The position numbers and the translations under genes were made by a program. The notes beneath the pieces were generated by a model that saw nothing but the letters and a program-made list of their open reading frames with translations, ran no database searches and was not told where the DNA came from. Shown here piece after piece: positions 15,304 to 26,500 of a DNA stretch of 32,000 nt. Origin of the DNA: Flavobacteriaceae bacterium (GTDB lineage Bacteria > Bacteroidota > Bacteroidia > Flavobacteriales > Flavobacteriaceae); NCBI GenBank assembly GCA_965224465.1, contig OZ245049.1, positions 3,900,001-3,932,000 of the forward strand. The letters are read 5' to 3'. Each line of letters begins with the position of its first letter. Position 1 is the stretch's first letter.

Positions 15304-15332
15304 AAGAAAGGGTTCTCTAGAGAACCCTTCTT
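15304..15332 (-). terminator. Palindromic hairpin downstream of the last PUL gene
   Basis: aagaaagggttctct / agagaacccttctt, a 14-bp stem with one bulge. Confidence 0.6.
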
Positions 15333-15352
15333 ATGAAAAAATAATATACTTA

Positions 15353-15392
15353 TACCAACTACATTTCCAAGTGACGGTTTAGAAATGGAATT
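15353..15392 (+). repeat. Solo left arm of the MITE-like repeat (copy E)
   Basis: taccaactacatttccaagtgacggtttagaaatggaatt, ending 8 nt from the stop codon of 15401..16813. Confidence 0.75.
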
Positions 15393-15400
15393 GGTCTTAC

Positions 15401-16813
15401 TTATTTAGTAGCACCATATACATTTATTTCTGCCAAATGATCATAGTAGTTAGGGCCTTCTATTGCGACGTATTTAAAGTACCTAGCAATAATAGCTTTG
15501 TCCAAAGTGTTTAATTGGGCTGCATTTGTTTTTTTCATAGTATAGGTGCCTACAGCAATCCATGTTTTATTGTCTGTACTTACAAAAAATTGATGTTTTG
15601 TGTGTCCTGTTGAACGATTTTTCCATCTGAATAATTCGAAACTTGAAATTGTTTTTTCAGATTTCATGTCTACAACAATACTGTGTGGATAGGGTGCTTT
15701 TACAGCCTTCCATTCAGAATGCCAAAAAGTATTTAAGTTCCCATCAATTATATTTGTAGCTGGTTTAGGAGGGTGTTGTGAAGAATAGCTGATAACTTCC
15801 CAGTCGGTTTTGTTAAACTTAAGGGCTTCAATTGGAGTTACTGTGAGTGCGATAGGTCCAAAACTATTCCCGTAAGCATCACTAATAGAGACGAGTATCG
15901 TTTGTGAGATCCCTTCTAGTCCTCCTAGTGTATTCCCTCCTAATTCTGTATTTGAGCTTATTTGATGTGAAGAGGTTTTTCCTTTAACATTATAGGAAAA
16001 TTTTAGCCCTATATTTTGTTCTGATGGATTTTTCCAAGTAATAAATACCCCTCCTAAAATAGGTTTGAGTTTTACGGATTCTAAAATGGATGAAATACTA
16101 GGGAGTTTAAATGGAGACCAGTCCGAAGCAAATAGGTCTATAGAAGTTTCTTCACCTGTTTCTTCATCTATAGAGGTAGGTACATAATAAGTACGGTAGG
16201 TTATTGGCTTATCAATGTCAACGTTGGTTAATGTACCTGCTGTCTTATCGTAACTTATTTTACAAATAATTTCTTTTCCTGAGTCATCTGAGAATTTAAT
16301 TTCGGTATCTCTAGCTAGGTCATCACTTGGTTTTAGTTCTATAAGTGCATTTCCAGTATTGCCAAAAGAGAAAGTTTCAATAGCTCTAGGGTTTAGGTTT
16401 TTTCTATAGGTCTCTCCGTATGCCGTTGCATACGTAATTGCATTAACAGAGGTGTTTGCTAGTTTATCTCTTGAAATCACATTAAACTCGTAGGACTGTT
16501 CTTCCAATCCTTCAATTAATAATTCGAGTTTGTCTGTCTTATTACTCGATTTTTTATACGGAAATACCTGTTTCCCTTTTCCTTTGTTCCAGGTAACTTC
16601 TATTTCTTTTACATTAAATGCATTGCTTATATAACCAATTATTTTAATTCTTTTGTTTCCAGAGAGGACGTTTAATGAATCTATTTTATTGGTGTAAATC
16701 TGTTCTCCATTTTCGGTGTATTTTTCATGAAATTCGAAAGTGTCATTACAAGCAGTAATTCCAAATAGAATGGATAAAATTATAGGTATGATATAATATT
16801 TATGGTTTCTCAT
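15401..16813 (-). CDS. PUL-associated surface lipoprotein with a C-terminal F5/8 type C (discoidin) domain (DUF4998-like N-terminus)
   Basis: Lipoprotein signal MRNHKYYIIPIILSILFGITAC if started at ATG 16813; the track start at 16897 would overlap the upstream gene. C-terminal NIIDGNLNTFWHSEW is discoidin-like. Confidence 0.8.
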   Translation of the reverse strand: MRNHKYYIIPIILSILFGITACNDTFEFHEKYTENGEQIYTNKIDSLNVLSGNKRIKIIGYISNAFNVKEIEVTWNKGKGKQVFPYKKSSNKTDKLELLIEGLEEQSYEFNVISRDKLANTSVNAITYATAYGETYRKNLNPRAIETFSFGNTGNALIELKPSDDLARDTEIKFSDDSGKEIICKISYDKTAGTLTNVDIDKPITYRTYYVPTSIDEETGEETSIDLFASDWSPFKLPSISSILESVKLKPILGGVFITWKNPSEQNIGLKFSYNVKGKTSSHQISSNTELGGNTLGGLEGISQTILVSISDAYGNSFGPIALTVTPIEALKFNKTDWEVISYSSQHPPKPATNIIDGNLNTFWHSEWKAVKAPYPHSIVVDMKSEKTISSFELFRWKNRSTGHTKHQFFVSTDNKTWIAVGTYTMKKTNAAQLNTLDKAIIARYFKYVAIEGPNYYDHLAEINVYGATK

Positions 16814-16833
16814 AATTTGTTTCTTAAAATTAA

Positions 16834-18021
16834 TTATTTTTTGATTTGTCCCCAGAATGTTATTTCTGCTGCATTTGTAATTCCTGAAGAATTCCATGTT
16901 TCATGAATTGCAATTCTAAAATACCTTATCTCAATAGGTTTGTCAAAGGTGTACTGATCTCCTGCTTCGGCATGATCCATATCCTCATCTGTGTTCTGTC
17001 CTATTGGAAGTCCTGATGGTTTGGTAGATTCGCAGTGTCTTAAAAGAATCCAGTCATCTAAATTCCCTTCAATACCAGGGGTTTCCTTGGTTCCATATAC
17101 GGTGTATTTTTTTGGGTTACCATGGGTGTATGCGAACTTAGAATGCGTAGTTTGGTATAGGGTAAATCTACTAAGGGTTACGTTCACTCCTAAGTCAACA
17201 GTTAGCATGCTAGGGCGTACGTGATCTCCTGGAGTATGTACAATGGTTTTTTTATTGTCATCAAAGAAATTCCAGTAGTCTCCTGACCAAGCATCCCAAT
17301 TATCATCGTTTTGTAAGACTATTTTCTTGAATTTTTTCTTGTCCAAACGCTCTTCAAATAAGGGGGTTAATAGTAGGTCTGTAGTTTTAGCATAGATGGT
17401 GTCAGAAAAATTATCATATCGGTCTCTAACAATGGCACAAAATAAAGTAGGTTTTGGGGCGAATCCTCTAACGGATGTTTTTGAAGATGCCTGTTCTGTG
17501 TATTGAGTTTTGATCAGTTCTATTTTTCCTTCCTCATTTTTGGCTAATAAATCAATGGAAATAGGGGTGTTGAATTTGTTTTCCCAACTAAATTTAGCGC
17601 CTCCAAAATCACTTGTAATAAGAAGGTTTTTTTGAATTATTTGAACAGGTGATATCAGCGGCTTTTTTTTAATTATAACGGGTTCTGATTGATTATTTGA
17701 GCGGTCTACGGTATAAATTTTTATTGTTTTTTCTTTCGTATTTCCGAGTCCTAAAATTTGTATTTCATTATCAAAAATAGAAGCCTTTACTTCCGCTAAT
17801 TCTTTTTTAGAATTGAGGTATTCTGCCTTTACATATAAGAGGTCAGTCCCTTGAGGGAGGTCATAACTAATGTTAAAGCCTCCATTTGTAGGGATTGTTA
17901 TTACATTTTCTACCATTGCTGGTTTCTCTGTGTCGTTTGATATTGGACCGTGTTGGTATTCTTCACAGCCAAAGAAGAGTAAGGATAAAGATGCTATTAA
18001 ATAATTGATTTGGTATTTCAT
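16834..18021 (-). CDS. PUL-associated surface lipoprotein with a C-terminal F5/8 type C-like domain (DUF4959/DUF5000-like)
   Basis: Lipoprotein signal MKYQINYLIASLSLLFFGC from ATG 18021. Position immediately downstream of SusD. Confidence 0.75.
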   Translation of the reverse strand: MKYQINYLIASLSLLFFGCEEYQHGPISNDTEKPAMVENVITIPTNGGFNISYDLPQGTDLLYVKAEYLNSKKELAEVKASIFDNEIQILGLGNTKEKTIKIYTVDRSNNQSEPVIIKKKPLISPVQIIQKNLLITSDFGGAKFSWENKFNTPISIDLLAKNEEGKIELIKTQYTEQASSKTSVRGFAPKPTLFCAIVRDRYDNFSDTIYAKTTDLLLTPLFEERLDKKKFKKIVLQNDDNWDAWSGDYWNFFDDNKKTIVHTPGDHVRPSMLTVDLGVNVTLSRFTLYQTTHSKFAYTHGNPKKYTVYGTKETPGIEGNLDDWILLRHCESTKPSGLPIGQNTDEDMDHAEAGDQYTFDKPIEIRYFRIAIHETWNSSGITNAAEITFWGQIKK

Positions 18022-18050
18022 ATTGATGTTGTTTAAGTTGATAAAAGAGA

Positions 18051-19940
18051 CTACCATCCTGGATTTTGAATGAGACTTGGGTTTTTTATTATTTCTCCTT
18101 CAGGAATAGGCCATAAATAATCCTTTTCACTAAATGTAGGGTTGTACAATACTTTTACAGTATAATATTCATTGATATCTTTTTCTAGTATATTCCACCC
18201 TTTGATAGGCTTGTTCATGTGTTTTTTTGCCAGTTTCCATCTTCTTAAGTCCCAGAAACGGGTGCCTTCAAATGACATTTCTATCATTCTCTCACGCTGA
18301 ATTATTTCTCGCATTCCTTGTTTAGTACTTGGTTTTGAAGGATTTTTTGAATATTTCCCCCAACTACTAACCACGCTTTTTAACCCACCTCTTTCTCTTA
18401 CTAGGTCTATATATTCGTATACTTCATTGTCAGGACTTCCTTTGCTTTCGTTTAACGCTTCTGCATAATAGAGGTATAGGTCTGCTAATCGTACAATAGG
18501 GAAGGCAAAACGTTTGGAGGTAAATTTTGTTCCATTTTGCACTAAGGTTTTCATAGAGACTAACTTTTTCGGCCAATAGCCTGTTGCAGAATACGAAGTA
18601 GTTGAAAATACAGAGGCGAATTCTCCTTTTCTTGCATGGATATACCATGGGTCTTTGTCAGATTTTTCTTTTCCATTTCCAAACCATACACTTCTGTCAA
18701 AAGCTAAATCTGCATAAAAACGAGGTTCTCTTTCGAAATTAAGAATGGCTGTTTTTTGACCTTCTTCTATATAGTATTTGTCTTCTTGGGAGGCTGTTTT
18801 TAATTTAAACCTATTGGTGTAGTCATAATTGATGTCTTCATTAATTGGTACGCCATTTTTTGAGTAGTACATTTCAGCGATTCGCATTGGAGGACAGTGT
18901 CTTGAAAACACAGGGTTGGTTGTGTAGCTGTATAGTCTAGGCATTGATTCGTATTCTATGCTAGCGGTATTACTAGTTTGTCCCCAAATAAGTTCAGAAT
19001 TCCACTTCTCTGTAATGCGACCTCTCAATGCTGATTTTAACATGGTCTGGTCGGATTGAGGAAATGCATTTGTATAGTCTGATTTTAGATGCAATCTAAA
19101 ACCTGCATCATGGCATAAGTCAATTGCTATTTTGGTGGCTGTTGCTGCTTTTTCCCATTTACTTGCATCGTATTCCTTAGGGAAAAAAGACTCCCCGTTT
19201 TTATTTGTAAAACCAGAATACACACTATTTCCATTAAACAAAGGGCTCGCGTAAGTAATCAATACACGTGCTTTGATAGCGGCGGCTATGGGTTTGGTAA
19301 TACGTCCTAAATCTTGATCTTCAAACTGTAAGATTAGCGGCAAGTCTTTGATGGATTCATCTAGTAGTAAAAGGATGTAATCTATAGTTTCATCGGTAGT
19401 GTTTCGAACCGCTTTTACGTTATGTGTGGATTCTGTTACAGGAACTAATTCTTTATTATTTACAATAGGGCCGTACATTCTAAATAGGTAAAAATGAAAA
19501 TAGGCTTTTAAAAATTTTGCTTCAGCAATCCATTGTTTTTTTTCGTATTCGTCAAGCCCTTGTACTTTACCAATGCGACTTAGAAATATATTGCAATTTC
19601 TAATTCCTACATATAGCCCAGATTGTCCTCTTTCTTGCCATTTGTTATATTGGCTGTTGACTACGCTTTGAAATCCTTTTGCTATCTGAGTTCCTGCTCT
19701 GTAAGCAGATTTTTTAGGATACCAAATTTCATCGGCACCATTTAAAGCTGGGTTTTTCACGCTTCCAGGAGAAGGGATTCCCATATACAGCGTGTAGAGA
19801 AACTTTTGCGCATTGTATCTGTTTGAAAATGCATTGTCTAATGTTGCAATATTATCGGGAACTACGTCTAGGTAATCATCTTTACAAGATATAAATATGA
19901 TGGCGAGTGTAGCACAGAGTATGTATATATAATTTTTCAT
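18051..19940 (-). CDS. SusD/RagB family nutrient-binding outer-membrane lipoprotein
   Basis: Lipoprotein signal (LAIIFISC), ~630 aa, directly downstream of the SusC-like gene. Motifs such as RFWDLRRW are typical of the family. Confidence 0.9.
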   Translation of the reverse strand: MKNYIYILCATLAIIFISCKDDYLDVVPDNIATLDNAFSNRYNAQKFLYTLYMGIPSPGSVKNPALNGADEIWYPKKSAYRAGTQIAKGFQSVVNSQYNKWQERGQSGLYVGIRNCNIFLSRIGKVQGLDEYEKKQWIAEAKFLKAYFHFYLFRMYGPIVNNKELVPVTESTHNVKAVRNTTDETIDYILLLLDESIKDLPLILQFEDQDLGRITKPIAAAIKARVLITYASPLFNGNSVYSGFTNKNGESFFPKEYDASKWEKAATATKIAIDLCHDAGFRLHLKSDYTNAFPQSDQTMLKSALRGRITEKWNSELIWGQTSNTASIEYESMPRLYSYTTNPVFSRHCPPMRIAEMYYSKNGVPINEDINYDYTNRFKLKTASQEDKYYIEEGQKTAILNFEREPRFYADLAFDRSVWFGNGKEKSDKDPWYIHARKGEFASVFSTTSYSATGYWPKKLVSMKTLVQNGTKFTSKRFAFPIVRLADLYLYYAEALNESKGSPDNEVYEYIDLVRERGGLKSVVSSWGKYSKNPSKPSTKQGMREIIQRERMIEMSFEGTRFWDLRRWKLAKKHMNKPIKGWNILEKDINEYYTVKVLYNPTFSEKDYLWPIPEGEIIKNPSLIQNPGW

Positions 19941-19953
19941 GTTCTATTAGGTA

Positions 19954-22900
19954 TTAAAATGAAACGTTTAGTCCTAGGTTAAAGACTCTTTGATTAGGGT
20001 ATCCCAATCCCTTTCCTGCCAATTCAGGATCCCATAATTTGAATTTACTCTTTACAAAAATATTTGTTCCACTTGTGTAGAATCTAATTTTTTCCATTTT
20101 TAGTCTTGCTGTAGTTTTTGTAGACAATGTATATCCAACTTCCACTGTTTTTAATCGGAGGAAAGCTCCATCTTGCATAAACCAAGTACTTATTTGTGTG
20201 TTGTTGTTTACATTTTTATTAGAGAGTCTTGGCCAAAGGGCATAAATATCTCGGTTTGTTTCTGACCAATGGCTATCTGCATAGGATTTTATCAATTGTT
20301 TTTCGCCCACAAAAGGAGATACATTTGCTGGGTTTACAAAGAAACTTGAATTTGCTGCTCCTTGGAAGAAACAGGAAAAGTCAAAACCTTTGAATCCCGT
20401 AGAAAGTCCAAATCCATATACGATTTCTGGAACGGTTGGGTTTCCTATAGGCACCTTGTCAAGGGAGGTTATTTTTCCGTCATTGTTGATGTCTTTGTAT
20501 TTAATGTCTCCTCCAGAATATTCTCCACCAAAAGATTGGGTGGGAGAGTTATTTACCTCGTTTTGGTCTACAAATAAACGCTCCGCTACATATCCCCACC
20601 ATTGTTTAATAGGCTGCCCAACTCTAGACAACCAAGGTGTTTTGCTATAGTCAGGTTCTTCCATCTTTGTTATTTTGTTGGTAGCATAGGTGAAGTTTCC
20701 ACGTCCCTGTAGCCAAAATCCACTTCGGAAGTTTTTTGTGTAAACTAGGGAACCATCAATACCACTACTTTCTGCTTCTCCAATATTGGCTCTAACGCCT
20801 GCTTGGAGTCCCATGGATGAAGGCAGTATTCTGTTTGCTAGAATGTTTGATCTTTTTTCTTTAAAGATGTCGACCTTTAAATCTATTTGATTGAACAATC
20901 CTAATTCTAAACCAATATTCATTTTTCTTGCAGTTTCCCATGTAATGTTCTCGTTTGCGTATCGTGAAATACTTACGCCATGGTATCCGTTGTCAAAATC
21001 TTTCCCAGTGGTGTAGCCACCCTTGTTTAAATTTACCCGAGATAAGTAAAAAAATCTGTCGTTTGAACCTCCGATTCTATCGTTTCCAACAAGTCCATAA
21101 GAACCTTTTATTTTTAATGTATTAATTGATTTATGCGTACTTTTCATAAATGCTTCATCAGAAACCAACCAACCTAAACCAATGGAAGGAAAGAATCCCC
21201 AACGTTCTTTTTTAGCAAATCTTTCAGACCCATTGTATCCAAAATTTATTTCAGCAAAATAGCGTTGACTATTGGAATAGGTAAAACGTCCTGCAATTCC
21301 CATGTTCCTATAGGGTAAAGATTTTTCTAGGTTTTTGGAGTCCTTAATCGAAAGGGAAGTCAGTCTGTTATTCATAGTGAATACCAATAATCCACTTACT
21401 TCATTTACATCATCAATTTCGCTTGCATAGTGTAATCTTGATTCAAGGTATGTAGTTGACGATATGTACCGGTCTCTTTGATTAAAACTCAAGTGTTCTG
21501 TTCCTTCCTCTTCGTTAAGAGGAATTAATTTAACCTCTTTAGTTTCTCTGTTTAACTTAGGAGTGTAGTAATAAGGTTTGTAAAACCGATCTACAATATA
21601 AGAGGATTTTTTTGTACCATTGAATATTAGTTTAAACTTCAAGCCCTCTGTTATAAAGTCTAAGTCTTGTTTGAATTCTAACTGTGCAATTATTTTAGAT
21701 TTGGAACTTTCTTTATATCCACTTACCATTTCTGCATAAGGGTTTAAGTATTGTCCATTGTCGTAATTTCCAAATAATATGTGTTTTGTGAACTCGTTTT
21801 CACTGTCTTTCTCATAGTAAGGTTTAAAATAAACGGGGTTACTTCTCATTACCATTTTGTAGATGTCAGAACCGCTTTGTCTTGGTCCTGTAAGATTTTC
21901 AAAATTTACATTGAAAGATAATTTTAATTTTGAAGATTTTGTTAGATTGATGTTTGTGTTGGAACGTAAATTGTATTGTTTGTAGTTGATATTGCTGTTG
22001 AAATCATTAATTTTTGGAACTTTTAAAATACCATTGTCTTGTGATCCTGCTATTGAGACATAATACCGAGCCGTTTTACCTCCCCCTTTTAAATTTAGAT
22101 TGAATCGTTTGTTTACAGTATAGTCTTTAAATAATTCTTTGTGCCAATCTGTGGTTGGATAGAGTTGAGAATTGGTGCCTGCTTCTGTATTTTCTATCTT
22201 TTCTAACGAATACGGAAGTAGTCCTAATGGATCTCTTGTTCTAACAGCTTCATTTCCTAGTTTCATATAAGTGATAGGGTCTGCTAGTTTAATGTTGCTT
22301 GTAGGTCTTGACATTGAACTCTCAATTCTTACAGATACACGTACAGGGCCTTCCTCTCCTTCTTTTGTGGTTACAAAAATTACTCCGTTAGCTCCCCTGG
22401 CCCCATACAAGGCTGTAGCACTAGCGTCTTTTAATATAGAGAATGCTTCAATGTCGTCTGGGCGTAGTCTTCGTAAATCACTTACGCTTAATTCTACACC
22501 GTCAATAAGAATTAGAGGACTGGATCCATATCCAAAAGTAGTAACACCACGAATAAAAAATTCAGCATTGTCGTTTCCTGGTTCTCCACCGCGTTGATAG
22601 GCAATCAATCCTGAGACTCTACCTGCAAGAGCCGTTGTTAAATTACTAGAAGCTATTTTTAATTCTGCTGGCTTTACAGTGGTCATCGAAGATACAATGC
22701 TTCTTTTTTTCTGTTGACCAAAACTTACAATCATTACTTCGTCTAATTGACTTACGTCTGGTTTTAAAGTAATATCTATCTTAGTGCGTCCTTTTACAGC
22801 AATCTCTTTACTGGTAAAACCCATAAAAGATACTTTTAGGATGCCTGTTGGACCTACTTTTATCATGTAATTCCCGTCAAAATCTGTTGTGACACCTGTT

Positions 22901-23043
22901 TTTGTACCTTTTATAGTTACTGACGCGCCAGGTAATGGGGTTCCAATTTCGTCAAATACGATTCCTTTAACCATATTTTTTTGGGCTTGTGCATAGGTAA
23001 TGCTGAGCGAAAAAATCAGTAGAAAAGAGATTAGTTTTTTCAT
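19954..23043 (-). CDS. SusC/RagA family TonB-dependent outer-membrane transporter
   Basis: Signal peptide, carboxypeptidase-regulatory-like domain (VKGIVFDEIGTPLPGASVTIKGTKTGVTTDFDGNY), plug region, ~1030 aa, C-terminal ...LGLNVSF. Confidence 0.93.
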   Translation of the reverse strand: MKKLISFLLIFSLSITYAQAQKNMVKGIVFDEIGTPLPGASVTIKGTKTGVTTDFDGNYMIKVGPTGILKVSFMGFTSKEIAVKGRTKIDITLKPDVSQLDEVMIVSFGQQKKRSIVSSMTTVKPAELKIASSNLTTALAGRVSGLIAYQRGGEPGNDNAEFFIRGVTTFGYGSSPLILIDGVELSVSDLRRLRPDDIEAFSILKDASATALYGARGANGVIFVTTKEGEEGPVRVSVRIESSMSRPTSNIKLADPITYMKLGNEAVRTRDPLGLLPYSLEKIENTEAGTNSQLYPTTDWHKELFKDYTVNKRFNLNLKGGGKTARYYVSIAGSQDNGILKVPKINDFNSNINYKQYNLRSNTNINLTKSSKLKLSFNVNFENLTGPRQSGSDIYKMVMRSNPVYFKPYYEKDSENEFTKHILFGNYDNGQYLNPYAEMVSGYKESSKSKIIAQLEFKQDLDFITEGLKFKLIFNGTKKSSYIVDRFYKPYYYTPKLNRETKEVKLIPLNEEEGTEHLSFNQRDRYISSTTYLESRLHYASEIDDVNEVSGLLVFTMNNRLTSLSIKDSKNLEKSLPYRNMGIAGRFTYSNSQRYFAEINFGYNGSERFAKKERWGFFPSIGLGWLVSDEAFMKSTHKSINTLKIKGSYGLVGNDRIGGSNDRFFYLSRVNLNKGGYTTGKDFDNGYHGVSISRYANENITWETARKMNIGLELGLFNQIDLKVDIFKEKRSNILANRILPSSMGLQAGVRANIGEAESSGIDGSLVYTKNFRSGFWLQGRGNFTYATNKITKMEEPDYSKTPWLSRVGQPIKQWWGYVAERLFVDQNEVNNSPTQSFGGEYSGGDIKYKDINNDGKITSLDKVPIGNPTVPEIVYGFGLSTGFKGFDFSCFFQGAANSSFFVNPANVSPFVGEKQLIKSYADSHWSETNRDIYALWPRLSNKNVNNNTQISTWFMQDGAFLRLKTVEVGYTLSTKTTARLKMEKIRFYTSGTNIFVKSKFKLWDPELAGKGLGYPNQRVFNLGLNVSF

Positions 23044-23367
23044 AAAGTTAATTTAAAATTCAGTTAATAAATTGTTTTAGTTATTTACTTGGATGGTTTC
23101 TTGTTTTACGTTTGTAGTTGGAGTATGCTGTTTTAGGAACCTGTGCAAAAACGAATCATTTTTTCTAAAAATCTTTTTTTTACACTCGTTTTTCAGTTCT
23201 TAATTTTCTTTCAAATTGAAGCAGGCGTTTTAAGGGTGCTTTTCAGGGATTGTCTTTTTTTTAACAGAAACTTAACTTACTGATAACAAAAGTGCTACTA
23301 TGCCTTAGAAATTAGGTAGATATTTTAATCGTAAAAGAGGTTAAATTGACTCATAATTTTAAGAAGT

Positions 23368-23401
23368 TGAAAATATACTCCTAAGTGATGAAAATATACT
23401 C
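23368..23401 (+). promoter_or_regulatory. Perfect 13-bp direct repeat TGAAAATATACTC x2 with 21-bp period in the susC/HTCS divergent intergenic region
   Basis: 23368-23380 and 23389-23401 are identical, with a spacing of two helical turns. Candidate site for the AraC-type DNA-binding domain of the adjacent HTCS. Confidence 0.35.
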
Positions 23402-23519
23402 TTTTTGGTGTGATTTGTGAGGTTTAAAATACGGGGTGTAGAATAGTTTAGCTATATATTAGTTCCACTAATTACTTTGAGAAAAACTCTTGTGAAATTC
23501 ACTTATATTAATATGCATA

Positions 23520-26500
23520 ATGGATAAGATAGTTGATTGTAGGTTTGGGAAATACAGATATTTTTATGTGTTTTTGTGCTTGTTTTTTGAATTGTTATCT
23601 ATTAGGATCGTCGCACAGGAATATTCTAATTTCAGGCATTTATCTCCTGTTATAAATAATAGGTCAGTTCAATTTCAAGATGTATTTCAAGATCAATTGG
23701 GATATATGTGGATGATAAATAATGGAAGAGTCAAAAAATATGATGGGTATAGTTACTTAAGCATTCGTGTAGATTCTATTTTTGAAAATCCTCTGTCAAA
23801 TGATATTGTTTTTAAAGGAGTAAAAGACCTGCAAAATAATATTTGGTTGATCAGTAAAAATGGATTGGTAGCTGTTTACAATATAGAAGTAGGTTTTAAA
23901 TCTCCCAAATGGATTCAAGGGATTAAGGTTCAGTCTATTTCGTTTTTTGAAAACAATGTTTTTATTGCTTCAAAAACAGGAGGTATTTATAGGTACGATT
24001 TGTTTTTAGATCGGCTAGAAAAACTCACTACAATTCCTAATATCTTCTCAAATAAATCCGAAATCACAGGGCTAGTATGTGTAAATAGAGATGAATTGTT
24101 TATTGCAGCTAGTTACGGAAAGGTTTATAATTACAATTTTGCTACGAAAAAATTAGAGATATTAAAAGCTGTTTTTAGTGATTTCCTTGGAAATGTGAGA
24201 ATTATAGCAGATACGCAAGGACGTATCTGGATTGGAACAGAAATTTATGGAGTGTTTGTATATGATCCAGAAAAGAAGGAATTTATTCAAAATCGCTTGT
24301 TTAAAAAGCCACTATACAATATAAAAAACGAAATGGTGATCTCTATGTTCTGTGATCATAATGGGACGATGTGGATAGGAACAGACGGTGGTGGTTTGTA
24401 TCGGGTACAACAGAGTGGTGCCATTAACTTGTACACCTATAGTGAAATAAACAATTTTTCTTTGAGCAGTAATACAATCATCGCAATATATGAAGATAAG
24501 CATCGTAATGTTTGGATCTTACCAAATTATGGAAGTATAAATATATTAGTAGGAGCTAATAACACTATAGGATATCATCAGGGGACAGAAAATCATATTC
24601 CATCACGTGTTTTATCTGTTCACAAAACAAAAAATGGAGATCTATGGGTTGGGACAGATGGGCAAGGGATTACGCGTATTCAAAATTTTGGAAAAATAGA
24701 ACAGAAAGAAAAGCAGTTTTTTAAACCGATAGGTCATGAAAAAGGGATGTATGTACAAACCATTGTAGAAGACAGTAGTTCTAATATTTGGTTCGGAACC
24801 TATAAAAATGGTTTGTGGCATTACGATACAAAGACTTCTTTATTTGATCATATACGATTTAAAAATCAATTAGGACAGCCTGTTACAGATGTTCGAACTA
24901 TTTTTAAAGATTCTAAAAATAGAATTTGGGTGGGGTCTAATATCGCAATCAATGTTTATACGGATAATAAACGTCTGTTAGCTACTTTTTTAAATAATAC
25001 AAAAGGTTTAAAAGGCTTGGTAACGGAAAGTATTATTGAAGATAAGCAAGGAGGGATTTGGATAGGGAATCTAAAAGGAGGCTTGTTTAAATTGAATGAG
25101 GACATGGAGGGTTTGAACAATTCTTTCTTTACCTATCACAGTTATTTTGACGAAATCACCTTTGATAAAGATGTTTTAGGAATTACTTATATGTCCTTGG
25201 GAGAAGGGACCTCTATTTGGCTGGTAAGTAACTGTGGTGTTCTTATAGAATTTGATACCCAGACGGGTGAATATACGTCTCATCGCCAATTAAATAGGAG
25301 GGCTAACATAAAAATACTGTCTGTTTTAGTACAAGATGCCCACAATTTATGGCTGAGTTGTTACAATGGGATTGTACATTATAATACTTTAGAAAAAAGT
25401 GTGAATAGGTTTCATGATGTTGATGGCTTACAAGATAATTTGTTTTTACCGAGAGCTGCTTTAAAAACAGAAAATGGTGAGTTTTATTTTGGAGGTATTA
25501 AAGGGGTGAGTCACTTTGATCCTTCAAAAATTAAGAAAACAATAACAAAAGCAAATTTGGTTATAAATGCCTTGGAAGTTTTAAATAAACCAGCAGGATT
25601 CCTAATTCCTAATCAAATTAAAAATGGAATTGAACAACTTAAAAGTATTGTTCTAGAAGCTGATCAATCCTCTTTCTCTTTTCGGTTTTCGGCGATAGAT
25701 AATATATTAAAACCACGATTTAGATATGCTTATAGATTAAAAGGGTTTAATGATGACTGGGTGGTTGTCAGAAAAGAACGCTTGGCAACCTATACAAATA
25801 TTCCTTATGGGGATTATGTTTTTGAGGTAAAAGCGGGTTCAAAAGAAGGAGGTTGGGATGTCGGTGTTAAACGTATTTCGATACACATTAAACCTCCGTT
25901 TTGGAGAACAATTTATGCGTATATTATTTATCTATTTATTTTTATATTGATATTTTATAGCTTGATAAAAGGCATAAGTTTAAGAAGAGAATTGATTTCT
26001 GGACAGGTTATTTCACAAAAGGAGAAAGAATTACATAAGGTTAAAATGGATTTTTTTTCCAAAATTTCTCATGAAATTCAAACGCCCTTAACACTTATTA
26101 TTAGCCCTATTGACGATATGTTAAATAGGGCAGAGCTCAATGGGAATAGATTGCTTCAACAGCGATTACAAATTATTTCTAACAATGTGAAACGCTTGTC
26201 TCGAATTGTATTTGAACTTACAACAGTACGGAATAAAGAGCTTGGAAATGCACGTTTATTTGTTAGTAAAAATGATTTATGCCATGAAATTTCGAAGATA
26301 TCAATCTCTTTTCAAGAGCAAGCACGATTAAAAAACATTGATTTCTCGGTGAATTGTCCTCAGAATTTGAAGGAAGTATGGTATGATACGGATAAAGTAG
26401 AACACATTTTATATAATTTATTGTCAAATGCTTTTAAATTCACTCCTAAAGAAGGGAATATTCAATTGATGGTTGTCCCTATAAATAATAAGAATTCCAT

